A stretch of 64,000 nucleotides of DNA from Setoptus koraiensis (Eukaryota; Animalia; Arthropoda): positions 21,762,001 through 21,826,000 of the forward strand of contig CM106585.1 of NCBI GenBank assembly GCA_048013815.1, written 5' to 3'. Below, one piece after another: positions 28,234-41,980 of the stretch (positions within the stretch are counted from its first letter, which is position 1; every line of letters begins with the position of its first letter). A model generated the notes under the pieces. The model ran no database searches, was not told the DNA's origin, and was given only the letters and a program-made list of their open reading frames with translations. The translations under genes and the position numbers were made by a program.

Positions 28234-28277
28234 GGCCAACCGGCGGCCAACCGACGGCCGACCGGCGGCCGATCGAT
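28234..28277. repeat. 11-bp degenerate tandem repeat GGCC(A/G)ACCG(G/A)C x4
   Basis: GGCCAACCGGC GGCCAACCGAC GGCCGACCGGC GGCCGATCGAT. Confidence 0.8.
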
Positions 28278-29258
28278 CGATAATTGGATAATAGTTTTGT
28301 TTGCCAGAATCCGTTTGCGATACCAGCGGCGAATTCCGTGCCAGCGTGCCAGATAACGACGGTGCATGCGCTAGATAAATACTGGCAATAAACTGAGTGT
28401 TGGACCGGCCATAATAAACAAAGAATAAATTCCATTTGTTTGCCCTTCTCTCTCGGTGCCCACTCAATCCTGTTGACGCACGTAGTTCATGGCGCGGATT
28501 CGGCGCTGCCGATTCTCTGGTGCGGATTCGGCAAAGCGGAATGCCTATTTTGGAGCGCATTCCTGTGCCGATTCTCGGCTAAAAAACCCGCAAACACCGG
28601 GCCGAATTGTTGTTGTTCCAGCGCACACTTGCTGGCAAATGGAAAATCTCTATGCTGCTAGCAAATTGGTGTTACACAGCGAACTGCGAGTGTGTTTGCC
28701 TGCCATCCGACAACTATCATGTGTCCAGCAACACAAACACACGGCTGACAATGTGCGAGACAGTGTGCGCGACAACATACCACTCGTATGATACGAGACA
28801 ATGTACGAGACCAAAGACCGACGAGAAAGATTCGGCTGATTCGGCTGACTCGGCCAGCGAACAGCGATGCTCCGTCTCTCACCTTGTCAATTTGCTGTAC
28901 ACACACACACTGTTGGACTACGAAAGAGCAGGGGTAATTGCAAGCAACCACTGACAGCGACCGCAAACGTTTGCTGGCGAAATCGACCAGCACGACGACA
29001 CAACAATCGCCAGCGCAACAACAAGTGTGTGTGTGTGTCGCACAAAAGAACACAACAGGTAACCGAGCCGCCGTTGTCGTCAAATGCGACCGTGGCAACT
29101 TATGGCCCACAACTTATGGGCCATAAGTTGTGGGTCAGTGTGTGTTTACTTGTCGGCTCGACGAGCCATAAATCAGCCTGTTGCCTCGGCTGACGATCAG
29201 CGCCATTGGTCAACGGTTGCGACAAGTGAGAGAATTCCCTTGTTCCCTCGTTCCGTTA

Positions 29259-29365
29259 CTCTGTGATTCTTTGCTCTGTGACTCTTTTGCTCTGTGATTC
29301 TTTTGCTCTGTGATTCTCTTGCTCTGTGATTCTTTTGCTCTGTGATTATGTGATTCTGTGATTCT
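29259..29365. repeat. 16-bp tandem repeat CTCTGTGATTCTTTTG x~5.5 with decaying tail
   Basis: Read directly from the sequence; copies differ by single substitutions or a 1-bp deletion. Confidence 0.95.
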
Positions 29366-29667
29366 GCGCGCCCAGACGGGCGAAATCCGTGTGCCGTGTG
29401 AGCGCGGCCAGTCCGGCGAGGCCGCGACGCCTGTCGCGACTTTGTAATGCAAACGCTGCGATACCCGCAAGAACCTTGCGCCAGAGACAGCGAACGAAAG
29501 CAAACGACCTTGTTGGCCCTCAAAACAATTAACCGTTTTGCTGTGCGACCAGCGGAGCACAACTAACAACTTGTAAACTAAAGTCGCAACTGAGTGATTG
29601 CAACCGATTGACTCTCAATCGGCTGGCTAATCTATCTGGCTTGTGGGCCAAATTAAAATGTGAGCGC

Positions 29668-29728
29668 ACGACAACCGACTGGACGACAACCGACTGGACG
29701 ATAACCGACTGGACGATGACCAACTGGA
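29668..29728. repeat. 15-bp tandem repeat ACAACCGACTGGACG x4
   Basis: Two perfect copies and two progressively diverged copies. Confidence 0.9.
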
Positions 29729-30353
29729 GTTGGCGCAAACGACCAGTGCAGTCGCACAACAGCGAGTTGCGCCACATCAACGCGCTAAGACAATAAGTGT
29801 CTTGTTGATCTGGCAAACATCGGCTTCTCGAATGCACACTACACCTGTACTGCAAACACGATCACTTGTGGGCAATTTGCACTTGCAATTTGCGAGCGCG
29901 ACACACAACTGACAACTGACTCATTGAGCGGCTTGGCGAGCGAGCGGCCCAACGAGCGAGCGGCTCGATGAACCAACGACGGCAACTGTTCAACTTGAGC
30001 GCTGTGGCTGTCGTATGCAACAGCCACAGCGCCCAAGTTGAAGCTGGCGGCAGGTGATAACGGCCGCTGGCCAATGCGAGCGCCAGTTCAATTAACTCGA
30101 TTGCGTAACTCTATGGTCACGCGATTTGAGCGGCCAGCCAGCGCACACGGCGAGCCAGCGCATGCAGCGAGTTGAGCTGGCAAAGGGAGCGCAATTAGCC
30201 GAGATTTGCGATTACAGGAACGGCGCTACGTAATGAGCATCTGTTGCTCGTTGCTGGTTATCGGCGGTTCATCGCTCGTTGTGCCACTAACAGCTCGCTA
30301 TCTATTGCGATACAGCCAGCGCAAGTCGTTATCACACACAAGCTGCCATCATG

Positions 30354-30417
30354 GCCGTTGGAGCCGTCAGAGCCGTCAGAGCCGTTGGAGCCGTCAGAGC
30401 CGTTAGAGCCGTCAGAG
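30354..30417. repeat. 9-bp tandem repeat GAGCCGT(CA/TG/TA) x~7
   Basis: Read directly from the sequence. Confidence 0.9.
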
Positions 30418-30512
30418 TGGTCACAGCAGCTACAGCCACAGCGGCCACAACTCGCCAGCAATCGACTGCTCGGCTGTTCGTAATGAGAGGCGCTGGCGCG
30501 GCGATAACGGCC

Positions 30513-30550
30513 CGTTATCAACGTTATCAACGTTATCAACGTTATTAACG
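30513..30550. repeat. 9-bp tandem repeat CGTTATCAA x4
   Basis: Read directly from the sequence; the first unit is also the right arm of the palindrome GATAACGG-C-CCGTTATC (30503-30519). Confidence 0.9.
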
Positions 30551-30736
30551 GGGCGCCCCATTAGCATAATGCGCGACACGATGCGCAATGGTGTGCAGTC
30601 TATTAATGCAGTGATATATTGATATATTGTGACGGGCATTGTGTGCGCCGTGACAAAATCGCCGAGCATCCATCACATTGCGACACGTACGCGACTAGAC
30701 GACACGATCTGGCATGTGCAGCGAAACGATATTCGC

Positions 30737-30818
30737 GAATATTTGGCGAATGTTCGGCGAGTATCTGGTGAATATTTGGCCAATATTTGGCCGATATTTG
30801 GCCGATATTTGGCCGATT
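30737..30818. repeat. 11-bp tandem repeat (G/C)(A/G)ATATTTGGC x7
   Basis: Seven 11-bp units; units 2 and 3 are diverged. Confidence 0.9.
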
Positions 30819-31098
30819 GCATAGAGTGCAGCCGATACAGACGATGGCATGCAGCCGATGCAGGCGATTGCATGGCAGCCGATACGGGCGATTGTATAGC
30901 GGCCGCTGCGGATCGGCGGCCGCAAATTGGGGCCGACGCGATAAGAAGCGCGCGAGCGCCAGATGTGGCACGCGGATTGTCGCAAACGAGGGTGCAAAAA
31001 TCACTTAAGGCCACGATAATCGTTCGAGTGCCGCTGGCCAGTGAGCGGGATTATCAGTGTGTTTGCGCACAAACTCTCGGCGCACACGGGACGAGGCA

Positions 31099-31160
31099 CA
31101 GCGCCGACAGCGCCGACAGCGCCGACAACGCCGACAACGCCGATATAGCCGATGATGCCG
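31099..31160. repeat. 9-bp tandem repeat CA(G/A)CGCCGA x5 plus decayed copies
   Basis: Read directly from the sequence. Confidence 0.9.
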
Positions 31161-31316
31161 CAACAGCAACAACATTGGGCCGAGCCGACGGTTCGACAGC
31201 CGCGGGCCCGCTTAGGGGGCGCCATTGCGCCATGTAACACAACCGGCAGTGTGAGGCTCTCAGAGCGCCGGCGAGAGTGACAATGGCGCGGCCGCATCTG
31301 GCGCCCCAACTCAATC

Positions 31317-31371
31317 GAGTAAAATCGTTTGAGTGAAATCGTTTGAGTGAAATCGTTCGAGTCAAACGTTC
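31317..31371. repeat. 14-bp tandem repeat GAGTGAAATCGTTT x~4 (degenerate)
   Basis: Read directly from the sequence. Confidence 0.85.
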
Positions 31372-34300
31372 GGCGCGCCACACGGAACTGGCCCAGCAAA
31401 CAACAACCGGCGCGATGCGAGTTGTTGTTGGTCGCGATGCGCGAATAGCGATGCGGCCTCTCAGCGCGGATTATTGTCCAATTCGTTTGTTTGGCCGCCA
31501 GTGGCCGGCGCGACCGGCCTCGGCAAGACAAACAACTCTGAAACGGCCTCGCACGCTCTGAGCCTCACTCTCTGCGCCTCACAGCGAATCCCGAGCTGAG
31601 CGTCGGCTCCGCAGCCGCTCCGGAGCCGCGCGGCGCGGTTCCGAATTGCAAATTGCCAGTTTGAGGTTCGCAGTTGGCGAGTTGCGAGCGCAAAAGTGTC
31701 GTCCGCTGCCCATTATTACAGTGGCGCCATTGTTTGCCTGCGCCGGCAGTATGCGCGTGTTTGCGCAAACTGCCGGCCAGTCGAACGGCCGGCCGGCCGA
31801 ACGGTCGAACAGACCAACAGTCGAACAGACAAACAGCCGAACGTCGAACAGACAAACAGTTCGCACTTAAAGTCGTTCGAAGCTGCAGGAATTATTGCGA
31901 AACAAACGAGCGCAGGAAGTTGCTCGCCGGCCCATTCACAATTGTCGGCGCACAGTCGCGATTGCCGGTGCTCGGTCACAGTGGCGCTGGCGCGCGTGCT
32001 TGGCACGAGCTGGCCGCGTCCCGTTGCCCGTCGCCCGACACCGGAATTGTCGTGTTTGAATTGGCGTGCTTGGTCGGCGCGGTTGGCCGGCGCGGTTGTT
32101 GAACGTAAGCTAATGGTTCATGTGTGACATTTGTTTGACTAGCAGATGGACAATCGGCGATGATGGCGCCGCGCAATCTGTCGCGAGTCGCGAGTCGCGA
32201 CTCGCACTACATGTAATAAGTTTCTGACAGCGGCCACAAGCGAGCGTCTCGCAGTGTCGGCCAATAACAAAAACTAACAGCGCAACACGACTCAGGTAAC
32301 CAAATGGCGAGCACGACAGCTCTTCATTATTGTTATCGCCTCTCTGTGCGATGCCCACACTATCGGCGATGCCCACACTCTCCACGATGATGCCATGATG
32401 GTGTCGCTAAACGCAGCCAAGTGGCCCGCGACTCTTTCACGATGAAAGAGCGAGAAAAAACGCCGAGTAACCTCGTTCGCTCACTTGCCAGAGCATCCAT
32501 TCTGATTGCTCACGGCGCGCTCTGCTGCCGCTCGCTGTTGCGACCCACTCGGCGCAACAACAGCGGCAACGGCAACAACAGCAACGACAACAACAGCAGC
32601 GACAGCTACGACAGCAACAGCGACAGCGGCAACAATAACACACTGCCAGCGACAACAAAGGCCGGACCACCCCGACAAGCTGGTGGCGTTGCGTGAAAGC
32701 AATGAGACGAGTCGTAAAAGCAAACATCATATAGCACGGCTCTCGTTGGCACCGATAACATGGGATGTCGTCGACGGCGGGCGAGCATGCTCGACAGTCT
32801 AACTCTCATGACTAATGAGAGCGCCGCCAATAGTCGCCGGCCTTTTATTAGTTGGTAGGAGTTGGTATTAGTCGGTATTAGTGTGTTAGTGTTAGCTAAA
32901 CTAGTACCCAGTGGATGTTGTGTGCCGATCGCATGTCGGCGGCCACGCAAACACAGCGACGCCGAGTCACAATGACAAATAGAAATAGAATTTTTTTTTA
33001 CGATGGTCACTCGTTTGTTGCTGCGACTCACAACTCGACTCGTTTGTTGCGCAACACACACACACAGCCGACCGAGGGCATCAAAACAATGCCACTTATC
33101 AATTGCTGAGCTGTCTCAATTCAATTCACAATTGTGAACGGGCGCCCAATGGGCACATGTGACAAGACAGCACACTGCCAAACAATTGTCTGGCCGGCCA
33201 AAAATCGATGATTAATGACCGGCCCAACTCTGGCCAGCCCGACTGACCCCTTTAGCCGATTACAGCGGCCTTAGTGGGCGGCGATGGCGCGCTCAACTGT
33301 CGCCAGCGCCACTGGCTCGCCACTGTCAACACTCGGGCCGCTCGACTCGGCCCAACACAAACTCGAGTGTCACCGGTGACCTTCAGGCGACTTTGGCGCC
33401 CCACTGGACGCATGCGCCCGAAAGTGTGCGTGCCACGCAGCGGTACGGCTGGCTGCCACCTGCTGACGGCCGCATCCAATCAGCTGTGCGCTGACAGTTG
33501 CCGCGACGGGCCCTTAATTCGCTTTCGTTTGCTGGCTGCTGGCTGGTGTCTGGCGAGCTTGCCACCGCGGGCAACTGTTGTTGTCGTCAGTGCACTGTTG
33601 CCGGTGGCTTCCGCTTCTTCGGCGCAACTGACAGTTGTGAGCGAATTGTGTGTGTGTGCGCGTGTGTGTACAGAGGACGAATTGGTGTCAGGGTTTTCCT
33701 GATCCGGCGCGCTCGTCTGGCGCGCACACTCGCTGTCAGACGAGATAGCATTAGCGCAGCTAGCGTGAGCGCACTGTGCCGCCACTGTCACCGCTAACAT
33801 ATTCTCTGCACCGCTGCCATGCACCGCCGTGTGCCGTACCGCTACACACACATATAGAAAAAGTTCTATTTTCGTTAGAACATTCCAGAATATTCAATTG
33901 CACCGCAACCAAAAAATACTTTCACTATGCCACTGTTACGCAATGTTACTGTAACGAGCATGATCGACGAGCTCGCCCTTTGCGCTGCAGAGTTTGCAGT
34001 CTGCAAAGTTTGCGGCCCCGGCGTCGATCGGCATCGGCGGATGACATGCCGGGCACGAGACGGTCGCTGGTACGCGCAACGTTGCATGTCTTGCCAGTTG
34101 GCTGGCCCAGTGCGCTTACGCCAGCGTCTTGGCCTTGTTGGGCGCGTTATACGCGCGGAGGCGGAGCTTCCCACAGCCGGGGGCCGATCAAACGTTCAAG
34201 CTGAAGGGCGCTGTGCGGCCGCCTTGCGCTGCCCTACGCCAAAGTTACCCTGCCCGAGTTACGCAGCGCATTGCCGGCGCACGGCCGCTGCACTGAGCGA

Positions 34301-37300
34301 CGGCGGTCAGATTTGTTGCACAGTGCGCCAGCCCATGAATGCTGCGAACGGTGCCAGTTTGATGGTGGCACCCTGCCATTGGCGCGCCGTGCACGTTTGG
34401 CATTGCTCTCGTAACCAATGAGAGTCTCTCATTGAGAGAGCAATATTATTGCTGCAATAACAACTGCGTGTGTGTGTGCGCACACTAAAAAGCGCATAGC
34501 TATGCCGTGTATTCTCTACAATACAGGCTGCGTATAGTGCAGTGGCAGCGGCAGCGGCAGCGGCGAGCGTCCTCATTTGAGCGGCAACTCTCACAGAGAG
34601 CACAACAACACACAACACGGCAAATTCACGTTACATTATAGCGGCGGCCAGTGATGATGGCGACAAGCAGATAATACAGTGCGGTGCAGCATAAGTACAA
34701 GCAAAAGTATAAGTGAGCCAACGTATTAGACGTGTACAAGTTGTGCGACCATAGAACAAGTTTGCACGTCGTGTGTGAAGATCGCCCTTTTGTCGGCCAT
34801 TGTCGGTCGGTGCTCACTTGAGATGCCCACAGAATATGTGCAGCAACAGAATATTTGCAGCAACAAGACCCATAAAAGTTCCACCGTAGACTCCATCGAA
34901 TAGACACAACAGCAACTCACATTCGTCATTATAATTGGTTATTTGTGGTGCAGCAGCACACAGTACAGTGCAACTTGCCAGATTATTCTACGCGATTTTG
35001 CGTATGCGTGCCTGCGCACAGAAAAGCAAGCATCACAATAACAGCAGCAAGCCCCAACCCAAACGCACTGTCCTATATTGCAACTCTTCATTGCGAACTA
35101 AACTCGAACACACGCACGCACACGCTCACCGGACAAGACCGGATCGAATTTCTGGAGCGATTTCAAGGCAACGATAGAATCTTGCGGCGCTCGGCATTTG
35201 CGTTCGGCGTGCTGGTGCGACACGGTGAGCGCCAAACGGCCGCCATTGTCGACTCATTCTCATTTACAATATTCATTTGACAATATTTATTACGCCGGTA
35301 ACAACGTGTATTAATATATCAATTAAGCGGCAATCGTTCGGAATTAGACTGCACGCAACAGCAATCGTCGCGCCGGAATAAATCATTGGATAAATTAAAC
35401 ACAATGCATAAATTAGAATGCAGACTCACAATTCGAATGCAGAATCAGAATCAGAATTAGAATACAGAATCAGAAAAATTAGAATATAGCGGCGGAATTC
35501 GGCGTCACAACGAAACGCGCCAGACACCAAGCGGACGAACAATTTTTAATTTAATCAGCAATCCAGTTGTCCGGTTATCAGTGAGCGAATCTAGCGGCGG
35601 CAGCAGCAACATTCTTTCGGAGCAAAATAATTCATCGAGCAACCGAATTCATCAGACATTGTGAGACACGAAGCCAAACAAACAAACACTCGAGCGATCA
35701 CCACAAACAGCCATCTCCAGCAGGTGAGTACAATGTTCAGCTTATGCCACATACCGTCGATCGTATTATTCATCATCATCACTAAGAGACACACACACAC
35801 TGCGCCCATCGTTTATCATTCGGCCGCAACGGTCCGACAGCGATCAATACTGACCTGTCGACACACACAGAAGCAACGCTGCCCAACACTGACCAATGGC
35901 CTTGTAATTATTGAAACGGATTCTGGCCATGCCAACCAGAATCCCAAATCAACTGCCTGTCAGACGCTGCCAATGTCCGTGTGCACACCGTTTGCCTGCT
36001 CGCCAAATCAGCCATGGGCGCCATGCAGCGATAGAAACGCCTCCATGGGAGCCATGGGCACTTGTGTGTGTGTGTTTGTTCTTGTGCAACTTTTATGATT
36101 TCCTCCTTGCTATGTGTTTGTTGTTGCTGTCGATGTTGTTGTTGTTTTTGTTCCACCTGACGTTAGTAGACGTCGCTTTAGTTGGCAGCGGCGGCGGACT
36201 CGCCAACCGATTCAACTGCATGGCGCAACTAACAAGCGAAGGGAACTTTATTTATAGACAACAACATTAACATCAACATTATTATTTGTTTATGTCTAAA
36301 TTCATCATTCATATGCTAAATATTATTATATTATATGAAAGTTTGCATCGGTACTTCATTGGTCAGCCAGCAGTGGTCAGTGCTGCTATAGTCAACATGA
36401 TGACTATATTCCATGACTAACTGCCACTACCACTAACGCCGAGATGATCTTTCGTGAGTGCTGATCAAATCCATCTCACTCGATTATGATGATGATGATG
36501 ATGATGATTATGGCGATGGTGATGGCGATGGTGATTATAATTATTATTATGATTGCCACAGGTGAAATATTCTAAAACACATCTCACACATTAATGCGCG
36601 CCATCTGAGCAACTAGATGAACTTTGACAAACGACCAACAACAAACATTGGCCACTTGAAAGGCATCAATCTTGTTATGCCAACAATTTCAAACTCTCGG
36701 TTGAGAACTAGATCGCCGCGCTACATCAACAAATCACAACATCGGCCATTAGCTATCTGATGTCGACGATGATGTAGCCGACCATATATGACCACTATGA
36801 AGCTGCTATGATTGCATTAGCCAGAAACGTGTACATGCTTGTATGTATGTTTATGTTAGTTTGCCTAGTTTTATTTTAATTCTATAGTAGGTAATTTGTT
36901 TTTTTTTCCTCATAGTGGAACTCTCCCTCTAGAAGAACGATAATGTCCCCGTTGTAGCGCTCCATTTGATCTTTAGAACTAGCTTCTTCTTTGTCCAATA
37001 CGAGATAACAGAAAGCCGGGGAGGAATCCAATTACTGTCCAATTACTTGTCAAAGTAGGACAAGGCATTCATGCAACTGCTGTGAGATAATATTAAGCTT
37101 GAATTGGAGAGCGCCTAGAAAAGACGAATCAATTAATCGGAATGAAACTAATTGGTATGCGCTCAGGTCTATTTTCCCTGTGAGCGCAATTCGATTACGG
37201 CAAAATTTATGACAGATACACTATTTGCTAAATTATCAGTAATAGTGGCAACATGAGATAAATAGACTGAGACAGGGTCTAACTGATTTCTTGTCTTCAA

Positions 37301-40300
37301 GATTAACTTACAACGATTATGTCTTTTCTTTTTCCAAGACAAATCGCACCAAGAGAGATTAAATGCAGAAAAAAAATGAATTTAGTATTTAGTCGTTTGG
37401 TGTCTAATGGCAATTGGTAGATATGAGCAAAAATGAGATAAATAAGGGCAAAAAAGTGTATGGAAAAAGCGCAATTATTAGATAGGCATATAAGATGAGG
37501 ATTTTAAGATAAGAAGCGAGACCTAATCTAGGCTCTATCCAAATAGACAAGCAAGAACACAATTTGTGTCTACTGAACTTATTAGTACACTTCCTTTCCT
37601 CTAAAACATTAAGTGTTGTAATTCAAGAGGAACTGTGAGATTTAGCAACTGACAAGTTGCGAATAAGAAGATTCCAACAAGTCTTCCCTTGTTCTTGTCC
37701 ATCAATTGTCTTATCGTTAGCACTCTGTTTGTGCGTGTTGTTAAACATTGACGACGATATATAGCGAGCATAAATCATTGCCTCATCTAGAATTAGTCTA
37801 GTGGTTGTAATCTTCTAACAAGATCTAAGCTAGTCTAGCAGATTTCAGTGCAATAACAGACGAAACAGACAGAGTAGAGAATTTCACCATGAGAAGACCA
37901 CTTAAAAAGAGCAATCTTCACTATCTCTCACTCTCTCTTCTGTTTTGTACGTAGTCGAAAATGAAGCTGAGAAGCCTGTTTCTGTTTATTCACTACATAT
38001 GCTGTTGATGAGATGGGCAATGGTGCAAGGTGACTGAACTCTCATGGTTCCAACTGCTCAGCACACATGAGCGAAATCGAACACGATCCATCAATTATGC
38101 AGTATCAAGTGGATTAGCGATAGGCCATTCCGACAACGAGGGGGGTCCATTTGGCCACTTGTTGTTATTATTGTTGCTGCTGTTGTTTTTATTGACGACA
38201 TGTGACTGATCATGGTTAACTAAGGAGAAAAATCTTATTGGATCCATAGCAACTGAAATATACAGTCGACAGACGAGGTTCTTTCTCACAACCTAGAATC
38301 GACATCAGAGCCACTCAATATAAGATGCTAGAGAACACCCAAATCTGAATTATTATATAATCTTTATTATGATTATTGCAAGTCACAAAGTGTATGCTTT
38401 CTTGCTAACTAGCAGCATCCTAAACAAGTCAAACTTGAGTTAATCGTCTAGAAGATGCACTGTCAAGAGAGTATAATTGGCAAGTGCGTTTATATATGCA
38501 AATAGCATGTTTTCACTGCATTGCCCTCTTGCTGTTTCTCCACGCAAAAGTGATCATCGGCGATCAATGCCAAAAATCTTTTTGTGATGTTTGCAGCTAC
38601 TTCACTTGTTGATAGGACTTGTGATTGCCATTCGAACAGAGAGCTGCGCTCGTCGTGACTAGTCAACCAATTGTTCTTGGTCGCTGTAATATTCTATAGT
38701 CAAACATATTCAAGCGAGACTCGCAGGGATCTTTGGTCGATAAAGGGTATGCATTTATCAGACGTTGGACATAAATTAAATTACCTCCTCCGTGGAAGAA
38801 TGAACGTAATTAAATGAAAGAGAAAAAAAGAATTAATAATGATGGAATTTGCTCATTTCACGAACGCTAGCAGTATAGCACGCAAACTGTTATGACAGTG
38901 CGTGTGTGTCATGGGCGTGAGAGCCATACTATCACGGAAGTGTCCACCAATAGTCGAAATAGACGAAATGATTCGACATGACTATCACGCAACCCACACA
39001 AAGAAGAATCTTGTTATTGTAAAAGTTATCGTGTACAGCATTCGCTAATATGATGCATAATGAGCATAATACGGCAGCAGCAGTTATTTAAATGATTATT
39101 TTTGGAAAGAGAGGTTCATTTCGCAAGTTGATGGGCAACACAACAATGGGGCACACAATTGAGCTAACGATATTGTGTAAGCAAGCAAAATCGCTACTAG
39201 TTTATGGCATCTCAAAGTATGTGAAAGTTTGTATGTGCTCGTCTGTAAATGTCTGTCTGAACAAGACACATGATGGCTGAAGAAATTGAATGTTGATTAG
39301 AGAAATTAGGTCAGATGTTTGTTGATAAACTCAATAGCGCTCACACATATGTGGGAATGCAAAATGTCTGCCTAGTGGTACAATATGCAAGGAAATGTGT
39401 CTTTATTGTTGTTAAGCTATGATAAATATATCAGGCACATGAACGAGGAAAGAAGAAAGGAATGGAGGAAAGAATTGTTCCCATGCTCATACCATTATGT
39501 TGCATATAAAGGATGTGATGCAACAAATAAAACAATATCCGACACTTTCACACTCAACCACACACACATACTGGCACATTCAGGCATTTAATAAATTAGC
39601 TTCGCCTGTTACAAACCGCTCGAAGATATTGCCATGTCACTGTATTTGAAATTTGGATTTTGATTGCAATCAACATTAAACTAAAGACCAAAAGCGGGCT
39701 CTCAAAAAGACATTCATTCAATCAGATGAAACGCCGAGACAGAAAATTCATTTATAATTAGATTAGATTGTATAGAATTGATTAACCCCTTGATCACTTG
39801 ATTACGCCATTGGCCACAGTGTGTGAGTTTGTTTTTCACTGCGTGGGGTTTAGCAGAATATCAGAGAGTATGTAACCATCGGAGTATGTCAATGTAGTTG
39901 TTTATTCTTATAATAGATTGTTGTTGTTGCTTGCCAGAAATATATACCAATGATAACAATGGGCGGCATACGTGCTTCAGATAGTGCCATTTTAACTGTT
40001 CATGTTCAATACTAACAACAGAATTGCATAACAATAGTAGTGCGCCCACCATCAAATATAACTCTACGTTGGCTTTCGCTGGCTAGAGTTCCAAAATATA
40101 AATGTTGTACAAGCCAACCGACGACGAGGAACTGTGCGAATGTCAAGAGAGCAATGTCATCGTATTGACTTTGTTTATATTGCTAGTCTAGCGCATGAGG
40201 AAGTATATATCAGTAAAACCGAATGACGATTACGTAATAACTTGTGCTATAAAATGCAGCTATACGTCAGTATTGCACATGTTGTGCTACATATGAACGA

Positions 40301-41980
40301 TGCGCATTGAACGAACATTCTTATTTGGTTATTTATGGTGGCAAGTGTTAATTTTACGATTAGTATCGTCACCAGCACGGCTCATTAATCTGATTATCAC
40401 CATGGCATTGAATAGTTACCTTGCGAGTGAGGGAGAGAGAGAGAGAGAGCGGGGTCAGATAAAAGCAGATTGGTCGATAAATAGATCCCAGAAAGTAGGT
40501 CTGGAATGAAGTGTGTGCGCCGAGTGCATGCGAATAATGTTTGTGTGGGTGTTCTCGGAGACTATTGATTGGCTTGAAGCCAATGAAAATACTGTCAGAT
40601 CTATTATATTTGTACTATAGAGAAAATGAGAGGAGGAGACAGTTCAAGTTTGGTTGTCAATTGATGCCAATGAACAGCATCATAGTCGACATTGCGGTCA
40701 TAGTTGATTGGTATAATTTATGCCTAGACGGACAGATTCTAGATTGGTAGTTAGAGAAAGCATTGATTGCTTGCTTGGAAGAACACACCCAGCAATAAAA
40801 ATGATGAGTTGCGGTTGTTGGTCCATTCAAATAATAATAATGATCTGCAGACTTGCCGCAGCTACTGATCTATGAATATTGACAATCAATATTGAGCACA
40901 AATGACGAATTTCATGGTTTCATTTTTCGATGACGTGTGATGGGAATGGCCTATGTAAACAAACTATGAGTAGCTTGAAGATGCGAATCTGGGGCGCCGA
41001 AAAGATGTATGGTTGTATGCAGTCGGATGCAGTCACATCAATCATTTGCGAACACACGCATGAAAAGACATAAATGACAAGACTTAGTAATTACCAAGTT
41101 AACTATGCTACACTATATGAATATCGTTTTGGCTTAATGACTAACTAATTGCAACTAATACTATTCATGTTCTTACACGGCCATATGTTGCCAGCGGTGG
41201 TATTACACGCACGAAACTATGGCTTGAAAACACGAACCAATTAGATTATCATCACACACATACATTTGTGATACATATACATGGACGAATACTGCAATCA
41301 TAATCACTATGATCAGTACGACTTATACAATATATACGCATGTCCATGTCTAGTTGTCAGACTTATGTCAGCTTTCATTTCGTCGTCGAATCTATCATCT
41401 CATACATATTCGAATGTTGGTTGGGGGTGTTTGTTTTTATTAATTGCATCGACAATTAGCGTTATGTTATTATATTGTCGTTATTGTTGCTGCTGTTGGA
41501 TTAGTTTGACTATGTTAGCTTGAGAAGCTGCTAATAGATCGTCATTGAGTGAGCTTGGTGAAACCTTGATCGATTTAGATAAATGAATATTTTAATTTGC
41601 TCTTTCTTCCACTGGGAGCAGCTGTTTATTGAAGTTTAGTCGTCAGAGTTTAAGTTGCGCAATCTGGATAAATCAACGCAATTAGACTGATCAACATAAT
41701 TGTTGTTTAGACGTTGATTGAGTCGAAACAGTAGTAGTGTTATTTGAATAATCAGAGGCATTGTTATGAAGTAAATGAAGTGCTGTATTTGCACAGCAAC
41801 ACACATATGCCGTCTTACTTCAAATATGTCCGCTTCGGCGTGCGTTTAAATACACAAAGCAAAACCTGATCTATCGCGCTAGCTCACTACATACTGATCT
41901 AATAGCACTCATTACCCTTTACATTTACACTTTCTCATTTACTTTAGGTACACGTTTGGCATGCAATTTGCGCGAACAAC

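Noticed and set aside
26683-34929. Numerous overlapping 60-200-aa ORFs in the GC-rich segment
   Set aside because: They appear in all six frames as expected from high GC and tandem repeats; no domains and no coherent splice chain.
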